DNA of 64,000 bases from an uncultured Solirubrobacteraceae bacterium (GCA_963738815.1 CAVTXW010000009.1:11536-75535), one strand, 5' to 3'; positions 37,589 through 52,180 are shown, counted from the stretch's first letter. Translations and numbers: made by a program. The notes: generated by a model not told the origin, from the sequence alone.

Positions 37589-37885
37589 TCAGCCGGGCGG
37601 CGCCGTTGGGCGCTGCCAGGATTCGGGCGCGACGGCGACGTCCGGGAACTCGAGATCCTCGCCGCAGCGCATGCAGACCGCGTCGTAGATCTTCGTCACG
37701 CGCCCGCATTTCGGGCAGCGACGGCGCATCTCGTCGCGCTCGACGCGGTAGGCGAAGGCCGCCATCAGCCCGAAGAACGGGATCAGGCCCGAGATCAGGA
37801 ACCACAGGAAGAAGGAGCTGCCCTTGATCTTGCCGACGATCCCGCCGGAGATCCCGAAGCAGACGGCGATCACGACGTAGGCCAT
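37589..37885 (-). CDS. Small membrane protein with C-terminal zinc ribbon
   Basis: Two hydrophobic segments followed by CPKC...CMRC. Confidence 0.8.
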   Translation of the reverse strand: MAYVVIAVCFGISGGIVGKIKGSSFFLWFLISGLIPFFGLMAAFAYRVERDEMRRRCPKCGRVTKIYDAVCMRCGEDLEFPDVAVAPESWQRPTAPPG

Positions 37886-37909
37886 TTTTGGGGCTCCCGC
37901 CCGCCGGCG

Positions 37910-38086
37910 TCAGAGCAGCACGCGCAGCGCCCAGATCACCGCGACGACCGCGACGACCAGGAGCAGCGTGCTGAAAAGGAACGACAGGACGTGCCCGATC
38001 ACGCCGAGCAGCAGCCATCCGGCCACCAGCACGACCAGGACCGCGACCGCCGTGCGCCCGAATGAGCGCTGTGAGGACTCGTTCAT
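37910..38086 (-). CDS. Small hydrophobic membrane protein
   Basis: MNESSQRSFGRTAVAVLVVLVAGWLLLGVIG...; TAAAAT upstream. Confidence 0.7.
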   Translation of the reverse strand: MNESSQRSFGRTAVAVLVVLVAGWLLLGVIGHVLSFLFSTLLLVVAVVAVIWALRVLL

Positions 38087-38241
38087 CTCGGCAACCATTT
38101 TACGCGAACCGAGCTCACCCCCGGCAATTCTGCAGCCAAGGCCGGAATCGAGCGCCGGCCTCGGCCTCCGGCTCGCGGCCCCCGACGAACGGAGCGATCC
38201 TGACCCGGGCGCGCTCGGCCGGCGATCACCAGGGGACGGCA

Positions 38242-38280
38242 ATGCGGCCGGACAGAGAGGGATTCCCTGTCCGGCCGCAT
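38242..38280. terminator. 14-bp perfect inverted repeat, probable terminator
   Basis: ATGCGGCCGGACAG-N11-CTGTCCGGCCGCAT. Confidence 0.7.
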
Positions 38281-38327
38281 GCCAGACGCTCGCCGAGGGA
38301 AGCGCGCGCCGCCGCGTCGGTGGTGGG

Positions 38328-38546
38328 TCAGCTCAGGCGGCCAGGCGGACGCAGATCGCGGGCCGTCCGTGCCGTCGCGAAGTCCGCGCCGCGCTGGCCA
38401 GAGCGGGTGCGACCCGCCCCCGACGCGACACTTGTGAGCCGGTAGCGGCGGATCCTGGGTCCGCGCCGCCCGGACTCGGCCACCACCTCGGGCAACAGGA
38501 CGAAGCGCCGGGGCGATGACACGCTTGAGGAGGTTGGGGAACTCAT
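38328..38546 (-). CDS. Small Arg-rich hypothetical protein
   Basis: 72-aa ORF in the gap after gatB; CAACAT 7 nt upstream and a strong hairpin downstream; no recognisable family. Confidence 0.4.
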   Translation of the reverse strand: MSSPTSSSVSSPRRFVLLPEVVAESGRRGPRIRRYRLTSVASGAGRTRSGQRGADFATARTARDLRPPGRLS

Positions 38547-38667
38547 GGCCGTCATGTTGGCGCGCGACGGCGCCCGTGCCTTTGGCCGAGCGTCCAAAAT
38601 CTCGCGCGGCGGCCTCGACGCGCTGCGACGGCCGCCCGCAGAGGCCGGCCGGCGCCCCGTGCCGGCC

Positions 38668-40089
<1,422 letters not shown>

Positions 40090-40097
<8 letters not shown>

Positions 40098-41534
40098 GGG
40101 CCGCGCTCCCGTCGAAGCCGAACGCCAGCTCGAGCGCGTGGGAGGCGTCGAGCAGCGCGTTCTCGCTGAAGGCCGGCCCCGCGAGCTGGAGCCCGACGGG
40201 CAGGCCGCCGGCGAGCCCGCACGGGATCGAGATCGCCGGGATCCCGGCGAGCGACATCGGCACCGTGCAGTAGTCGTTCAGGTACATCGCCAGCGGGTCG
40301 CCGGTCTTCTCGCCGAGCGCGAACGCGACGCTCGGCGCGGTCGGCGTGGCGATCAGGTCGACCTGCTCGAAGGCCTTGCGCGAAGTCCTCGGCGATCTTC
40401 GTGCGCACGCGCTGGGCGCGGCCGTAGTAGGCGTCGTAGTAGCCGGAGGAGAGCGCGTAGGTGCCGAGCATGATGCGGCGCTTGACCTCGGGGCCGAAGC
40501 CGTCGTGGCGCGTGCGCGTGTACATGTCGAGCAGGTCGCGCGCGTCCGGCGCCCGCATGCCGTAGCGGACGCCGTCGAAGCGGGCGAGGTTCGAGGACGC
40601 CTCGGCGGGGGCGAGCACGTAGTAGGCGGAGAGCGCGTGCGGCGCGTGCGGCAGCGCGATCTCGCGCACCTCGGCGCCGAGCTGAGACGGCGGTCTCCAG
40701 CGCGCGCCCGGAACGACTCCAGCACGCCCGCTTCGATGCCCTCGCCGGTGAGCTCTCCCGGGACGCCGATGCGAACCCCGTCGAGGCGCTCGGCGCTCGG
40801 CAGGGCGACCGGCTCGGGCAGCTGCGAGCGAGGTCGCGTCGCACGGGTCCTGGCCGACCATCTCCCGCAGCAGCAGCGCGGCGTCGCGCACGTCGCGCGT
40901 CAGCGGGCCGGCCTGGTCGAGCGAGGAGGCGAACGCGATCATGCCGTAGCGCGAGACCGAGCCGTAGGTCGGTTTCAGGCCGACGATCCCGCACAGCGCG
41001 GCCGGCTGGCGGATCGAGCCGCCGGTGTCGGTGCCGAGCGCCCACGGCGCGAGCCCGGCCGCGACGGCCGCGGCGCTGCCGCCCGAGGAGCCGCCGGGCA
41101 CGCGGGCGCGGTCCCACGGGTTGCGGACCGGCCCGTAGGCGGAGTTCTCGTTCGAGGAGCCCATCGCGAACTCGTCCTGGTTGGTCTTCGCGAGCAGCGT
41201 CGCGCCGGCGCTCTGCAGGCGCTCGACGGCGGTCGCCGTGTACGGCGGCCGATAGCCCTCGAGGATCTTCGAGCCCGACTGGCTCGGCACCCCCTTGGTG
41301 CAGAACAGGTCCTTGACCGCCAGCGGCACGCCGGCGAGCGGGCCGCCGTTCGTGCGCGGAGCTCCGTCCTCCGCAGCGACCCACGTGAAGCAGTTCAGCC
41401 CGCCCTCGCCGGCGTCGCGGTCGCGCGGCCGCGCGCTCGCGGTAGAAGGCGAACAGCTCGGCGGCCGAGATCTCGCCGCCCGCGACCCGGTCGGCGGCCT
41501 GCGCGGCCGTGAGTGAGAGCAGCTCGGCGCTCAC
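40090..41534 (-). CDS. gatA: Asp/Glu-tRNA amidotransferase subunit A; several frameshifts
   Basis: [59 protein letters not shown]. Confidence 0.95.
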
Positions 41535-41816
41535 GCCTGCGGGCTGGGCACGAGGAAGCCCTCGTCGTTCGCGTCCGGGGCCTGTTCGAGGGCGACCTCG
41601 CGCGGCAGGCACTCGTGGGGGACGTCCTCGCGCAGGCGCCCGGTCACCTCGACGACGTGGGAGGTCGGCGCGACGCCGTCCAGGTCGAGCTCGCCGATCT
41701 TCGCGACGTGGTCGATGATCGCCGAGAGCTCGCGCGCCATCGGCTCGATCTCCTCCTCGCTGCAGCGCGAGGCGGGCGAGGCGGGCCACGTGCAGGACCT
41801 CGTCGCGGTCGATCAC
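41531..41816 (-). CDS. gatC: Asp/Glu-tRNA amidotransferase subunit C; frameshift near 41765
   Basis: MIDRDEVLHVARLARL then ELSAIIDHV...LRED...FLVP. Confidence 0.92.
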
Positions 41817-41851
41817 GGCTGGCAGTCTACGCGGCGCGCGCGGCCCGGCCG

Positions 41852-42286
41852 CTAGGGCCGCGGGCGCGGCTCGATCGGGCCGGGTGGTAACGCGACGGGC
41901 GTTCGTCGCGGATCACGAGCCACGACCCGACCAGGATCAGCAGCGCGCCCGCGAGGCCGAACCAGGCGCCCGCGCACAGACCGCGTCGCGTGGTCGGGGC
42001 GCTCGAGCACCCGCACGATCGCGGCGATCGCGCCGATCAAGCCGAGCAGCACGCTCCACACCCCGGTCGAGACCGGCAGCGCCGGGCTCTCGCGCTCGAG
42101 CGCCGCGGCCAGCACCATCGCGCAGGCGGCGGCGAGCGCCGCCAGCATCAGCACGGCCGCGCCGCCGAACGTGTCCCAGAAGTCGAGGTTTCCGGCCGGG
42201 CTTTCATACCAGGGCAGGATCAGCGCGGCGATCGTGCAGCCGATCCCGGCCACGGCCGTCCACTCGCCGGCGCGCAGCTTCGTCAT
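41852..42286 (-). CDS. Hypothetical membrane protein; probable frameshift(s) near the 3' end
   Basis: Hydrophobic helices, LILPWY; start overlaps the folD stop. Confidence 0.65.
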   Translation of the reverse strand: MTKLRAGEWTAVAGIGCTIAALILPWYESPAGNLDFWDTFGGAAVLMLAALAAACAMVLAAALERESPALPVSTGVWSVLLGLIGAIAAIVRVLERPDHATRSVRGRLVRPRGRAADPGRVVARDPRRTPVALPPGPIEPRPRP

Positions 42287-43180
42287 GCGGGGCTCCCCGC
42301 CGGGGCGCGCTCGGCCTGCGCACGCGCGGCCTGCAGCGTGTTGCGGAGCAGCATCGCGATCGTCATCGGGCCGACGCCGCCGGGCACCGGCGTGATCGCG
42401 GCGGCGATCTCCTGCACGGCGGCGTGGTCGACGTCGCCGACGAGGCCGCTCTTGTTCTGCGCCTCCTCAGGGCTGATGCGGTTCATGCCGACGTCGATCA
42501 CGACCGCCCCCGGCTTGACGTGGGCCGGCGCCGAGCATCCGCGGGCGCCCGATCGCCGCGATCAGGACGTCGGCGCGGGCGCACACCGCCGCGAGGTCGC
42601 GCGTGCGCGAGTGGCAGACCGTGACGGTCGCGTTGGCGCCGAGCAGCAGCTGGGCCATCGGCTTGCCGAACAGGTTCGAGCGCCCGACGACGACCGCTTC
42701 GGCGCCCTGCAGCTCGACCCCGGCCTCCTCGAGCAGCAGCATCACGCCGAGCGGCGTGGCGCCGACGAGCTGCGGCGTGCCGAGCGCGAGCATGCCGGCG
42801 TTGAAGGTGGTCAGGCCGTCGACGTCCTTCTCGGGGCGGACGAGCTCGGTCAGCGCGCGCCCGTCGAGGTGGTCGGGCACCGGGAGCTGGACGAGGATCC
42901 CGCTCACCGCGGGGTCCTCGTTGAGCGCCTCGATCTCGGCTTCGACCTGCTCCATGCTCGCGTCGGCGCCCAGCCGCTTGTCCACCGGCACCATGCCGAC
43001 CTCGGCCGAGGCGCGCTGCTTGCCGCCGACGTAGACCGCAGAGGCGGGGTCGTCGCCGACCAGCACCGTCGCGAGGCCCGGCGGGCGCCCGTGCTGCTGC
43101 GTGAACGCGGCGACCTCCTCGGCCACCTCGGCGCGCACGCGCGCCGCGATCGCCTTGCCGTCGATGAGCCTCGCCGCCAT
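42283..43180 (-). CDS. folD: Methylenetetrahydrofolate dehydrogenase/cyclohydrolase; frameshift near 42525
   Basis: [44 protein letters not shown]. Confidence 0.95.
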
Positions 43181-43218
43181 CGCCCCTGATGCTATGAGGT
43201 CGGCAAGCGGCGCAGCGC

Positions 43219-45594
43219 TCAGCGCTTGGAGACCGGCGCGTACTCGGCCATCAGCTTGCGTTCCGAGCCGTCGCCCGCGAAGCGCACGACGATCACGCCG
43301 TCGGGCTCGACCGCGGTCACGACGCCGTCGCCGAAGGCGGCGTGAACGACGTCCTCGCCGAGGCGGAAGGCCTGGATCTCCTCCGCAGGGCGCGGTTCGC
43401 GCCGCGACGACGGCGCCGCCCACACCGTCTCGGTGCCGCGGGCGAGCGACGGCGTGAAGGAGCCGGCGGCGGCGAAGCCGTCGCCGCCCTCGTCGAGCAG
43501 GTCACCGGGGATCTCGGCCAGGAAGCGGCTCGGCATCCCGTAGCTCTGCGCCCCGAACACGGCGCGTCGCCGCGCGTGGGTCAGGTAGAGCTTTCGCATC
43601 GCGCGCGTGACGCCGACGTAGAACAGGCGCCGCTCCTCCTCGAGGCCGCCCTCGTCGATCGCGCGCGAGTGCGGGAAGACGCCGTCCTCCAGGCCGGTGA
43701 TGAACACCGTCGGGTACTCCAGCCCCTTCGCGTTGTGCAGCGTCATCAGCGTCACGAGCCCCTCGTCGTCGCTGCGCGCGTCCGCGTCGGCGACGAGCGC
43801 GATCTCCTGCAGGAAGCGCTCCAGGGTGTCTTCGCCTTCGTCCGCGCCGAACTCGCGCCCCACCTCGACGAGCTGCTCGAGGTTCTCGATCCGCCCCTGG
43901 CCCTCGATCGAGCGCTCCGCTTCGAGCGCCTCGACGTAGCCGCTCTGCGCGAGCACCGCCTCGATCAGCTCGGCGACCGGAACCCCGCCCCCGGCGCGTA
44001 CCTCACCGCCGGACTGCGAGTCCGCGCCCAGCTGCGCAGGCAAGTCCTCCAGATCCTGATTTTCACCGCCCAACGGCTCCGCGCCCGTCATCGCGCGCAG
44101 CTCAGCCATCGTGGCCATGAAGCGCCCCAGCGCCTTCACCGCCGCCGCCCCGAGGCCGGGCACCTCGCGCGGGGACGCCGCCGCCTCCCACACCGAGACG
44201 TCCATCGCCGCCGCATGCGCCGTCACGCGCGCCAGCGTCGTCGCGCCGATCCCGCGCCTCGGCGAGTTCGCCACGCGCGTGAAGCTGACCACGTCGTAGG
44301 GGTTCGCGAGCAGCGACAGGTAGGCGATCGCGTCCTTGATCTCGGCGCGCTCGTAGAACTTCGTGCCGCCGATCACCTGGTAGCCGATCTCGCTGCGCAC
44401 GAGCGCGTCCTCGATCACGCGCGAGGACGCGTTCGTCCGGTAGAGCACCGCGATCTCAGCGCGCGAGGCGCCCTCGTCGAGCAGGCGCTGGATCTCGCCG
44501 ACGACGTAGCGCGCCTCGGCGTGCTCGTCCTGCAGCGCGCGCACCTCGATCTGATCGCCCTGGCCCAGCTCGCTCCACAGCCGCTTGCGCGATCTGGCCG
44601 CGGTTGTTCGCGATCACCGCGTTCGCGGCGGCGAGGATCGTCTCGGTGGAGCGGTAGTTCTGCTCCAGCTTCACCACGCGGGCGTCAGGGAAGTCGTCCT
44701 GGAAGTCGCAGGATGTTCTCGAATGTCGGCCTGGCGGAAGCCGTAGATCGACTGCGCGTCGTCGCCGACCACCGCCAGGTTGCGGTGCCCAATCGGACCC
44801 GCGTAGGCCGGCCGATCGCCTCGCTGGGCATCGCCTCGCTGTGGCGGCGCCCGCCGCCGACCAGCAGCTGCAGCAGCCGGTACTGCGCGTGGTTGGTGTC
44901 CTGGTACTCGTCGACCAGCACGTGGCGGAACGTGTCGCGGTAGCGCTCGCGCACCTCCTCGAACAGCTCCAGCAGGTTCACGGTCCGGAACAGGAGGTCG
45001 TCGAAGTCCATCGCGTTCATGCGCACGAGGTCGCGCTGGTAGATGTCGTAGACCTCGCCGATCATCTCCTCGAACGGAGAGGCGGCCTGCCCGCGGTAGT
45101 CATCGACGTCGATCAGCTTGTTCTTGGCCGCCGAGATCTGGTTCAGGACCGCGGCCGGCGTGTAGCGCTTGGGGTCGACGCCGACCGCGTCGGCGCTGCG
45201 CTTGGCCAGCCGGCGCGAGTCGGCCTGGTCGTAGATCGTGAACTGGCGCGTGTAGCCGAGCCGCGCCGCCTCGGCGCGCAGGATCCGCGCGCAGGCCGAG
45301 TGGAAGGTCATCAGCCACATCCCGCGCGTGGCGTGGCCGAGCAGCCGTTCGACGCGCTCGCGCATCTCGCTCGCGGCCTTGTTCGTGAACGTGATCGCGA
45401 GGATCTCCCCGGCCTGCGCCTGGTCGGTGTAGATCAGGAACGCGATCCGGTGGGCCAGCACGCGCGTCTTGCCGGAGCCCGCGCCGGCCAGGATCAGCAG
45501 CGGCCCCTCGCCGTGCGTGACCGCCTCGCGCTGGGGCTCGTTGAGGTCCTCGAGGAGCTCGGCGAGGTGCTCTGCGTGCGGGTTGCGCGGACAC
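43219..45594 (-). CDS. pcrA: UvrD/PcrA ATP-dependent DNA helicase; several frameshifts
   Basis: LAGAGSGKT, ITFTNKAA, VDEYQDTN, VGDDAQSIY, LEQNYRS, MTLHNAKGLEY, EEERRLFYVG, C-terminal Tudor-like tail; TATCCT 7 nt upstream of GTG 45594. Confidence 0.93.
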
Positions 45595-45669
45595 GATCCT
45601 GAGGATAGATGCGGGTGCGGCAGCCGGCGGCGCGAGCCGCAGGTGCCCGAGCGGGATACTCGAAGGGCG

Positions 45670-46074
45670 ATGTCCCGCAGAACCTCGCGCTCGTGCGCTC
45701 GATCTTCGACGCTTGGGAGCGCAGCGACTTCTCACGCACCGACTGGGCCAGCCCCGAGATCGAGTTCGGCTTCGGCGACGGGCCGGACCCGCAGCGATGG
45801 ACCGGCATCGCGGGCATGGCCGAGGGCTGGTTCACGTTCCGAGCGCTCCTGGGAGAGCCTTCGCTTCGAAGGCATCGAGTACCGCGAGCTCGACGGCGAG
45901 CACGTCCTGGTCAGCACGCGGTTCATCGGTCGCACGCGGGGAAGCGAGCTCGAACTCGGGCAGGTGCCGACGCTGCAGGCAGCGCTGTTCGGCTTCAAAG
46001 GCGGACGGGTCGCGCGGCTGATCCTCTACTGGCACACCGAGCAGGCGCTCGCGGACCTGGGGGTGGAGGACTAG
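45670..46074 (+). CDS. NTF2/SnoaL-like protein; frameshifts near 45675 and 45845
   Basis: QNLALVRSIFDAWERSD...PEIEF, then WESLRFEGIEYRELDGEHVLV...GRVARLILYW. Confidence 0.7.
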   Translation: MSRRTSRSCARSSTLGSAATSHAPTGPAPRSSSASATGRTRSDGPASRAWPRAGSRSERSWESLRFEGIEYRELDGEHVLVSTRFIGRTRGSELELGQVPTLQAALFGFKGGRVARLILYWHTEQALADLGVED

Positions 46075-46128
46075 CGGCCGCTCCTCGGGTCCTCCACATC
46101 GTCCGCCGGGGCTAGAATCGCCCGCGGC

Positions 46129-46347
46129 GTGTTCGGCAGGCGCTACGCAGACAGACTCTCGCGACCGCAGTACGTGCTCGTCGGCGTGCTGGTGGCGATG
46201 GCCGTCGACTTCGGCATCTTCCTCGCCATCGGAGACGACGCCCGCCGGGCGCTCGTGAACTGCGCGGCCGTCGGCATCGGGGTCGCGGTCGGGCTGAACC
46301 TGCGCTACGGCCGCCGTCGGCGCGGCAGCTCCACTGAGACCTACTAG
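46129..46347 (+). CDS. Small membrane protein
   Basis: Two hydrophobic segments; TAGAAT upstream. Confidence 0.6.
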   Translation: MFGRRYADRLSRPQYVLVGVLVAMAVDFGIFLAIGDDARRALVNCAAVGIGVAVGLNLRYGRRRRGSSTETY

Positions 46348-47084
46348 CCCCCGGCGGGGTTCGGCCCGCGCACCTCTCTGAGCGGACGCACGTCGGCCAC
46401 CGGCGCCGGCGGCTCGTCGGAGAGCTCGGCGACCATCCGTTCGAGCTGCACGATGCGCCCGGAGAGCGCCTGGATCGCCTCGGCGATCGGGTCGGGCAGA
46501 TGGATCCAGTCGGCGTCGGGGCCCTCCACGCGCCGGCCTTCGACGCGCACGGGGTGGCCGGGGTTGCCGACGACGGTCGAGTTCGGCGGCACGTCGGTGA
46601 TGACGACGCTGTTGGCGCCGATCTTCGCGCCGTGGCCGATCGTGATCGGGCCGAGCAGCTTCGCGCCGGAGCCGATGGTGACGTTGTCCTGCACGGTCGG
46701 GTGGCGCTTGCCGGTGGCGAAGCCGGTGCCGCCGAGCGTGACGCCCTGATAGAGCGTGACGTTGCTGCCGATCTCGGCGGTCTCGCCGATCACGACGCCG
46801 GTCCCGTGGTCGATGAAGAGCCCCGGGCCGATGCGCGCGGCGGGGTGGATCTCGATCCCGGTGATCGTGCGCGTGAGCATCGCGATCAGGCGCGGTAGCA
46901 GCGGCACGCCGGCGGTGTAGATGGCGTGCGCGACGCGGTGGGCGAGCAGCGCGTGGATGCCGGGCCAGGTGGCGACGATCTCGGCGGGCTGCACGCCGCG
47001 GGCGGCCGGGTCGCGCTCGCGCGCCGCGAGGACGTCGCGCCTGACCTCGCCAGCCACCCGGGCGAACGCGCTGAGGTGGGCCAT
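46344..47084 (-). CDS. cysE: Serine O-acetyltransferase
   Basis: RDPAAR, TGIEIHPAA, FIDHGTGVVIGET, KRHPT, VGNPG; TACGCT 6 nt upstream. Confidence 0.96.
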   Translation of the reverse strand: MAHLSAFARVAGEVRRDVLAARERDPAARGVQPAEIVATWPGIHALLAHRVAHAIYTAGVPLLPRLIAMLTRTITGIEIHPAARIGPGLFIDHGTGVVIGETAEIGSNVTLYQGVTLGGTGFATGKRHPTVQDNVTIGSGAKLLGPITIGHGAKIGANSVVITDVPPNSTVVGNPGHPVRVEGRRVEGPDADWIHLPDPIAEAIQALSGRIVQLERMVAELSDEPPAPVADVRPLREVRGPNPAGG

Positions 47085-47256
47085 GCCCAAAGCGTAGCGA
47101 CGATCCTTGCGCCTACAACCTTTTATTCAGGGGGTTCTCCGCGTCGCTGGCTACAACGCCCCTGGGCGGGCGGCGGACGGCTGGAGCGGGCCGCCCTCGC
47201 GCGAGGCCGCCACGGAGCGCGGCGCCTGAGGCCGGCACAGCGCCGGCCGATCCCCT

Positions 47257-48193
47257 TTACGGCGCGAAGAACGACTGCGAGACGTAGCGCTCGCCCGAGT
47301 CGGGCATCACGACGACGATGCGCGCGGCCTTGCGACTCGGGCCGCGCGGCCAGCTCGAGCGCCGCCCACAGCGCCGCTCCGCAGGAGATGCCGGCCAGGA
47401 TCCCGACGCCGCGCGCACAGCGCCACGCGGTGTGGATCGCGTCGTCGTCGGAGACGGGGATCACCTCGTCGAGCAGCTCGCGGTTGAGCACCGGCGGCAC
47501 GAAGCCCGCGCCGATGCCCTGGATGCGATGCGGGCCGAGGCGTCCGCCGGAGAGCACCGCCGAGCCCTTCGGCTCGACCGCCACGACCTTCAGCTTCGGG
47601 TTGCAGTGCTCGCGCAGGTACTCGCCCACGCCGGTGATCGTGCCGCCGGTGCCGACGCCCGCGACCAGCACGTCGACCTCGCCGTCGAGCGCGGCGGCGA
47701 TCTCGGGGCCGGTGCTGCGCCGGTGCGCCTCGGGGTTGGCCGGGTTCGTGAACTGGTCGGGCAGGAACACGTCGTCGCGCTCGGCCATCGCCCTGGCCGC
47801 CTGCACCGCCTCCTCCATGCCGCCGAGCGACTCCGTGATGTCGACCCGCGCGCCGTAGAGCCGCAGCAGGCTCTCGCGCTCTTTGCTCATGCCCTGCGGC
47901 AGCGTCAGGACCAGGTCATAGCCCTTCGCGGCGCACACGAACGCGAGCGCGATGCCGGTGTTGCCGCTCGTGGCCTCGACGATCGTCGTGCGGCCGGGCT
48001 CGATGCGGCCTTCGGCCTCGGCCGCCTCGATCATCGCGACGCCGATGCGGTCCTTGACGCTGCCGCCCGGGTTGTAGGCCTCGAGCTTCGCGAAGATGCG
48101 GACGCCCTCCGCGCGCGGACCGAGCGTCTCGGGCAGCTCGACCATCGGCGTCCCGCCGACAAGCTCTGCAATGTTGATCGGGATTCCGGACAT
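47257..48193 (-). CDS. cysK: Cysteine synthase A; frameshift near 47325
   Basis: KLEAYNPGGSVKDR, EATSGNTG, GVGTGGT, HRIQGIG; tail PDSGERYVSQSFFAP in a shifted frame. Confidence 0.95.
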
Positions 48194-48253
48194 CTGCCCC
48201 GACAATATCGAGGGCGGACCGGCGTTCCACCGCCGGCCTGCGGGTCCAGGCGC

Positions 48254-48711
48254 TCAGCGCAGCGCCTTCGCCATCAGGAAATGCGGGCCGATCTCCGCGA
48301 TCTCGAACTGCTCGCCTTCGACGCTCCAGCCCGCCTGCTCGTAGAAGGCGCGCGCGCCTGTGCGCGCGTTGCACCACAGCCGCCGCCCGCCGCGCTCGCG
48401 CGCGTGTCCTTCGAGCGCGTCGAGCACGAGCCCGCCGAGCCCGCGCCCGCGCAGATCGGGTCTGGTGGCCATCCCCCGCACGCGCCAGTCCCCCTCGCGG
48501 GGCTCGCGCGGGTGCGCCTCGGCCATCACGCTGCCGACGGCGAGCACCGCGTCGTCTTCGCCGAGCGCCGCGTAGTGCGCGGTCGCCGGATCATCCTCGC
48601 CCGCGTACATCGACTCCCCCGGGGACTGCCACGGGCGCAGCACCGCCATGCGCAGCGCCTGCCCCTCGTGCGCGCCGACCGCGAGCACGCGCACGCGCGC
48701 CGGCGCGCCGC

Positions 48712-48715
<4 letters not shown>
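48254..48715 (-). CDS. GNAT-family N-acetyltransferase
   Basis: WRVRGMATRPDLRGRGLG, LWCNAR, FYEQAGW, IGPH. Confidence 0.9.
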
Positions 48716-50112
<1,397 letters not shown>

Positions 50113-50116
<4 letters not shown>

Positions 50117-51778
50117 GCGCTCGCCAGGTACTCGTGGATCAGCGACACCGCCATCGAGCCCTCGCCGACCGCGCTCGCGACGCGCTTGATCGAGCGCGAG
50201 CGCACATCGCCCGCGACGAAGACGCCCGGGACGCTCGTCTCCAGCAGCGTAGGGGTCGCGCTCGAGCGGCCAGCCGTGCGCGCGCACCTCGGCGCCCGCG
50301 AGGATGAAGCCGCGCTCGTCGCGCGCGAGCACGCCCTCCAGCCAGTCGGTGCGCGGCGCCGCGCCGATGAAGATGAAGCAGGCGTCGGCCCGCTCGGTCG
50401 CGACCTCGCCGTCGGGGCCGCGGATGTCGAGGCTCGCCAGGCGCCCGTCCTCGCCGTGCGCGGCGACGGCCTCGGTGCCGGTGCGCACCTCGACGTTCTC
50501 GAGCCCCGCGATCTGCTCGATCAGGTAGTGGGACATCGACTTCTCGAGCGAACTGCGCACGAGCATCGAGACGCGGCTCGCGTAGCCGCTGAAGTAGACA
50601 GCCGCCTGGCCGGCGGAGTTCGCGCCGCCGATCACGACCACGTGCTGGTCCGCGCACGAGCGCGCCTCGGTCAGCGCCGCGCCGTAGTAGACGCCGGCGC
50701 CGGTGAGCTCGGAGAAGCCGGGCGCAGGCATCATCCGGTAGGAGACGCCCGAGGCGATCAGCACGCAGTTCGCGCTCAGCTCGGCGCCGCCGCGTCAGCT
50801 CGACGATCCGCCCGGCGCCCTCGATCCGCAGCGCGGCGGCGTCGTTGATCGTCAGCAGCTCCGCCCCGAGCCGGCGCGCCTGGTCGGTCGCGCGGCGCGC
50901 GAGGTCCGAGCCCGACAGGCCGGCCGGGAAGCCGAGGTAGTTCTCGATCCGGCTCGACTGGCCGGCCTGCCCGCCGGGCGCCTCGCGCTCGACCATCACC
51001 GTGCGAAGCCCCTCCGAGGCGCCGTAGACCGCCGCCGCGAGGCCGGCCGGGCCGCCGCCCACGATCACGAGGTCGTAGTGCTCGGCCGCCGGCTGCCCGG
51101 CGACGCCGATCTTCTCGGCCAGCTCGAGGACCGTCGGCTGCTCGAGCACGGTGCCGTCCTCGAGCAGCACGACCGGCAGGCGCTCCTCGTCCACGCCCGC
51201 GACCGCGATCAGCTCGCGCGCCTCGGCGTCGCGCTCGACGTCCAGCCAGCGGCCGGGGACGCGGTTGCGGGCGAGGAAGTCGCGCAGCTCGTGCGTGGCG
51301 GCCGAGAAGCGGTGGCCGATCACCCGCACGCCGCCCGCTTCGAGCGCCGCCCCGGCCTCCCAGGTGGTGAGCAGGTCCTCGACCACCGGGTAGAGCTGCT
51401 CCTCGGGCGGGTCCCAGGGCTTCAGCAGGTAGTAGTCGAGCGCGACCTCGTTGATCGCCTGGATCGCCGCGTCGGTGTCGGCGTAGGCGGTCAGCAGCAC
51501 GCGCTTGGCTTCGGGGAAGATCGCCCGCGCCTTGACCAGGTAGTCGGTGCCGTCCATCCCCGGCATGCGCTGGTCGGCGACGAGCATCGCGACCCGGTCG
51601 CCGCGCGTGTGCATCTGCGCCGAGGCAGCTCCAGCGCCTCGGCGCCCGAGCCCGCGCGCATGATCCGGTAGTTCTCGCCGAAGCCGCGCCGCAGGTCGCG
51701 CGCGACGGCCGCGAGCACGGCGGGCTCGTCGTCGACGGCGAGGATCGCCGGGTGCCGCTCGCGCCCGTTCTCGGACAC
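50113..51778 (-). CDS. Receiver / glutaredoxin-like / thioredoxin-reductase-like fusion; frameshifts near 51620, 50795 and 50248
   Basis: REC: AVDDE, ADQRMPGMDG, LLTAY, LLKPW. Reductase: GGGPAGL, SRIENYLGFP, GGANSAGQAA, PGVFVAGDVR. Confidence 0.9.
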
Positions 51779-51780
51779 GC

Positions 51781-52096
51781 TCAGCTCAGCATCGGCGACG
51801 GCGGGATGCGGGTGCTGCCGTGGACCTGCGGCGAGCACCATGCCGACGTCGTCCACGAAGCACCACGACCATTGCTCGCCCGGCTCCAGCGAGCGGATCA
51901 GCGGGTGCTCGGCGGAGCCGGCGTGCCTGCGGGCGTGTTTGTTCGGCGAGTCGTCGCAGCAGCCGACGTGGCCGCACTCGAGGCAGATCCGCAGGTGCAG
52001 CCAGACGCCGCCTTCGCGCAGGCAGTCCTCGCAGCCGGCCACCTCGGCCGGCAGCTCGGTGACGGTGATCGTGTCGAGGTGGCTGCAGGGCGGCAC
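51781..52096 (-). CDS. UBP-type zinc finger (ZnF-UBP/BUZ) protein; frameshift near 51830
   Basis: CSH...CEDC...WLHLRICLECGHVGCCDDSPNKHARRH...WSWCFVDD. Confidence 0.88.
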
Positions 52097-52180
52097 GCCC
52101 CCAGCATGACACGACCGGCGCGGCCTCGCCGGCCGAGCGCTGCCGGCGTCTTCCGTCCGGGCCGCGACTACACTCCCGCG

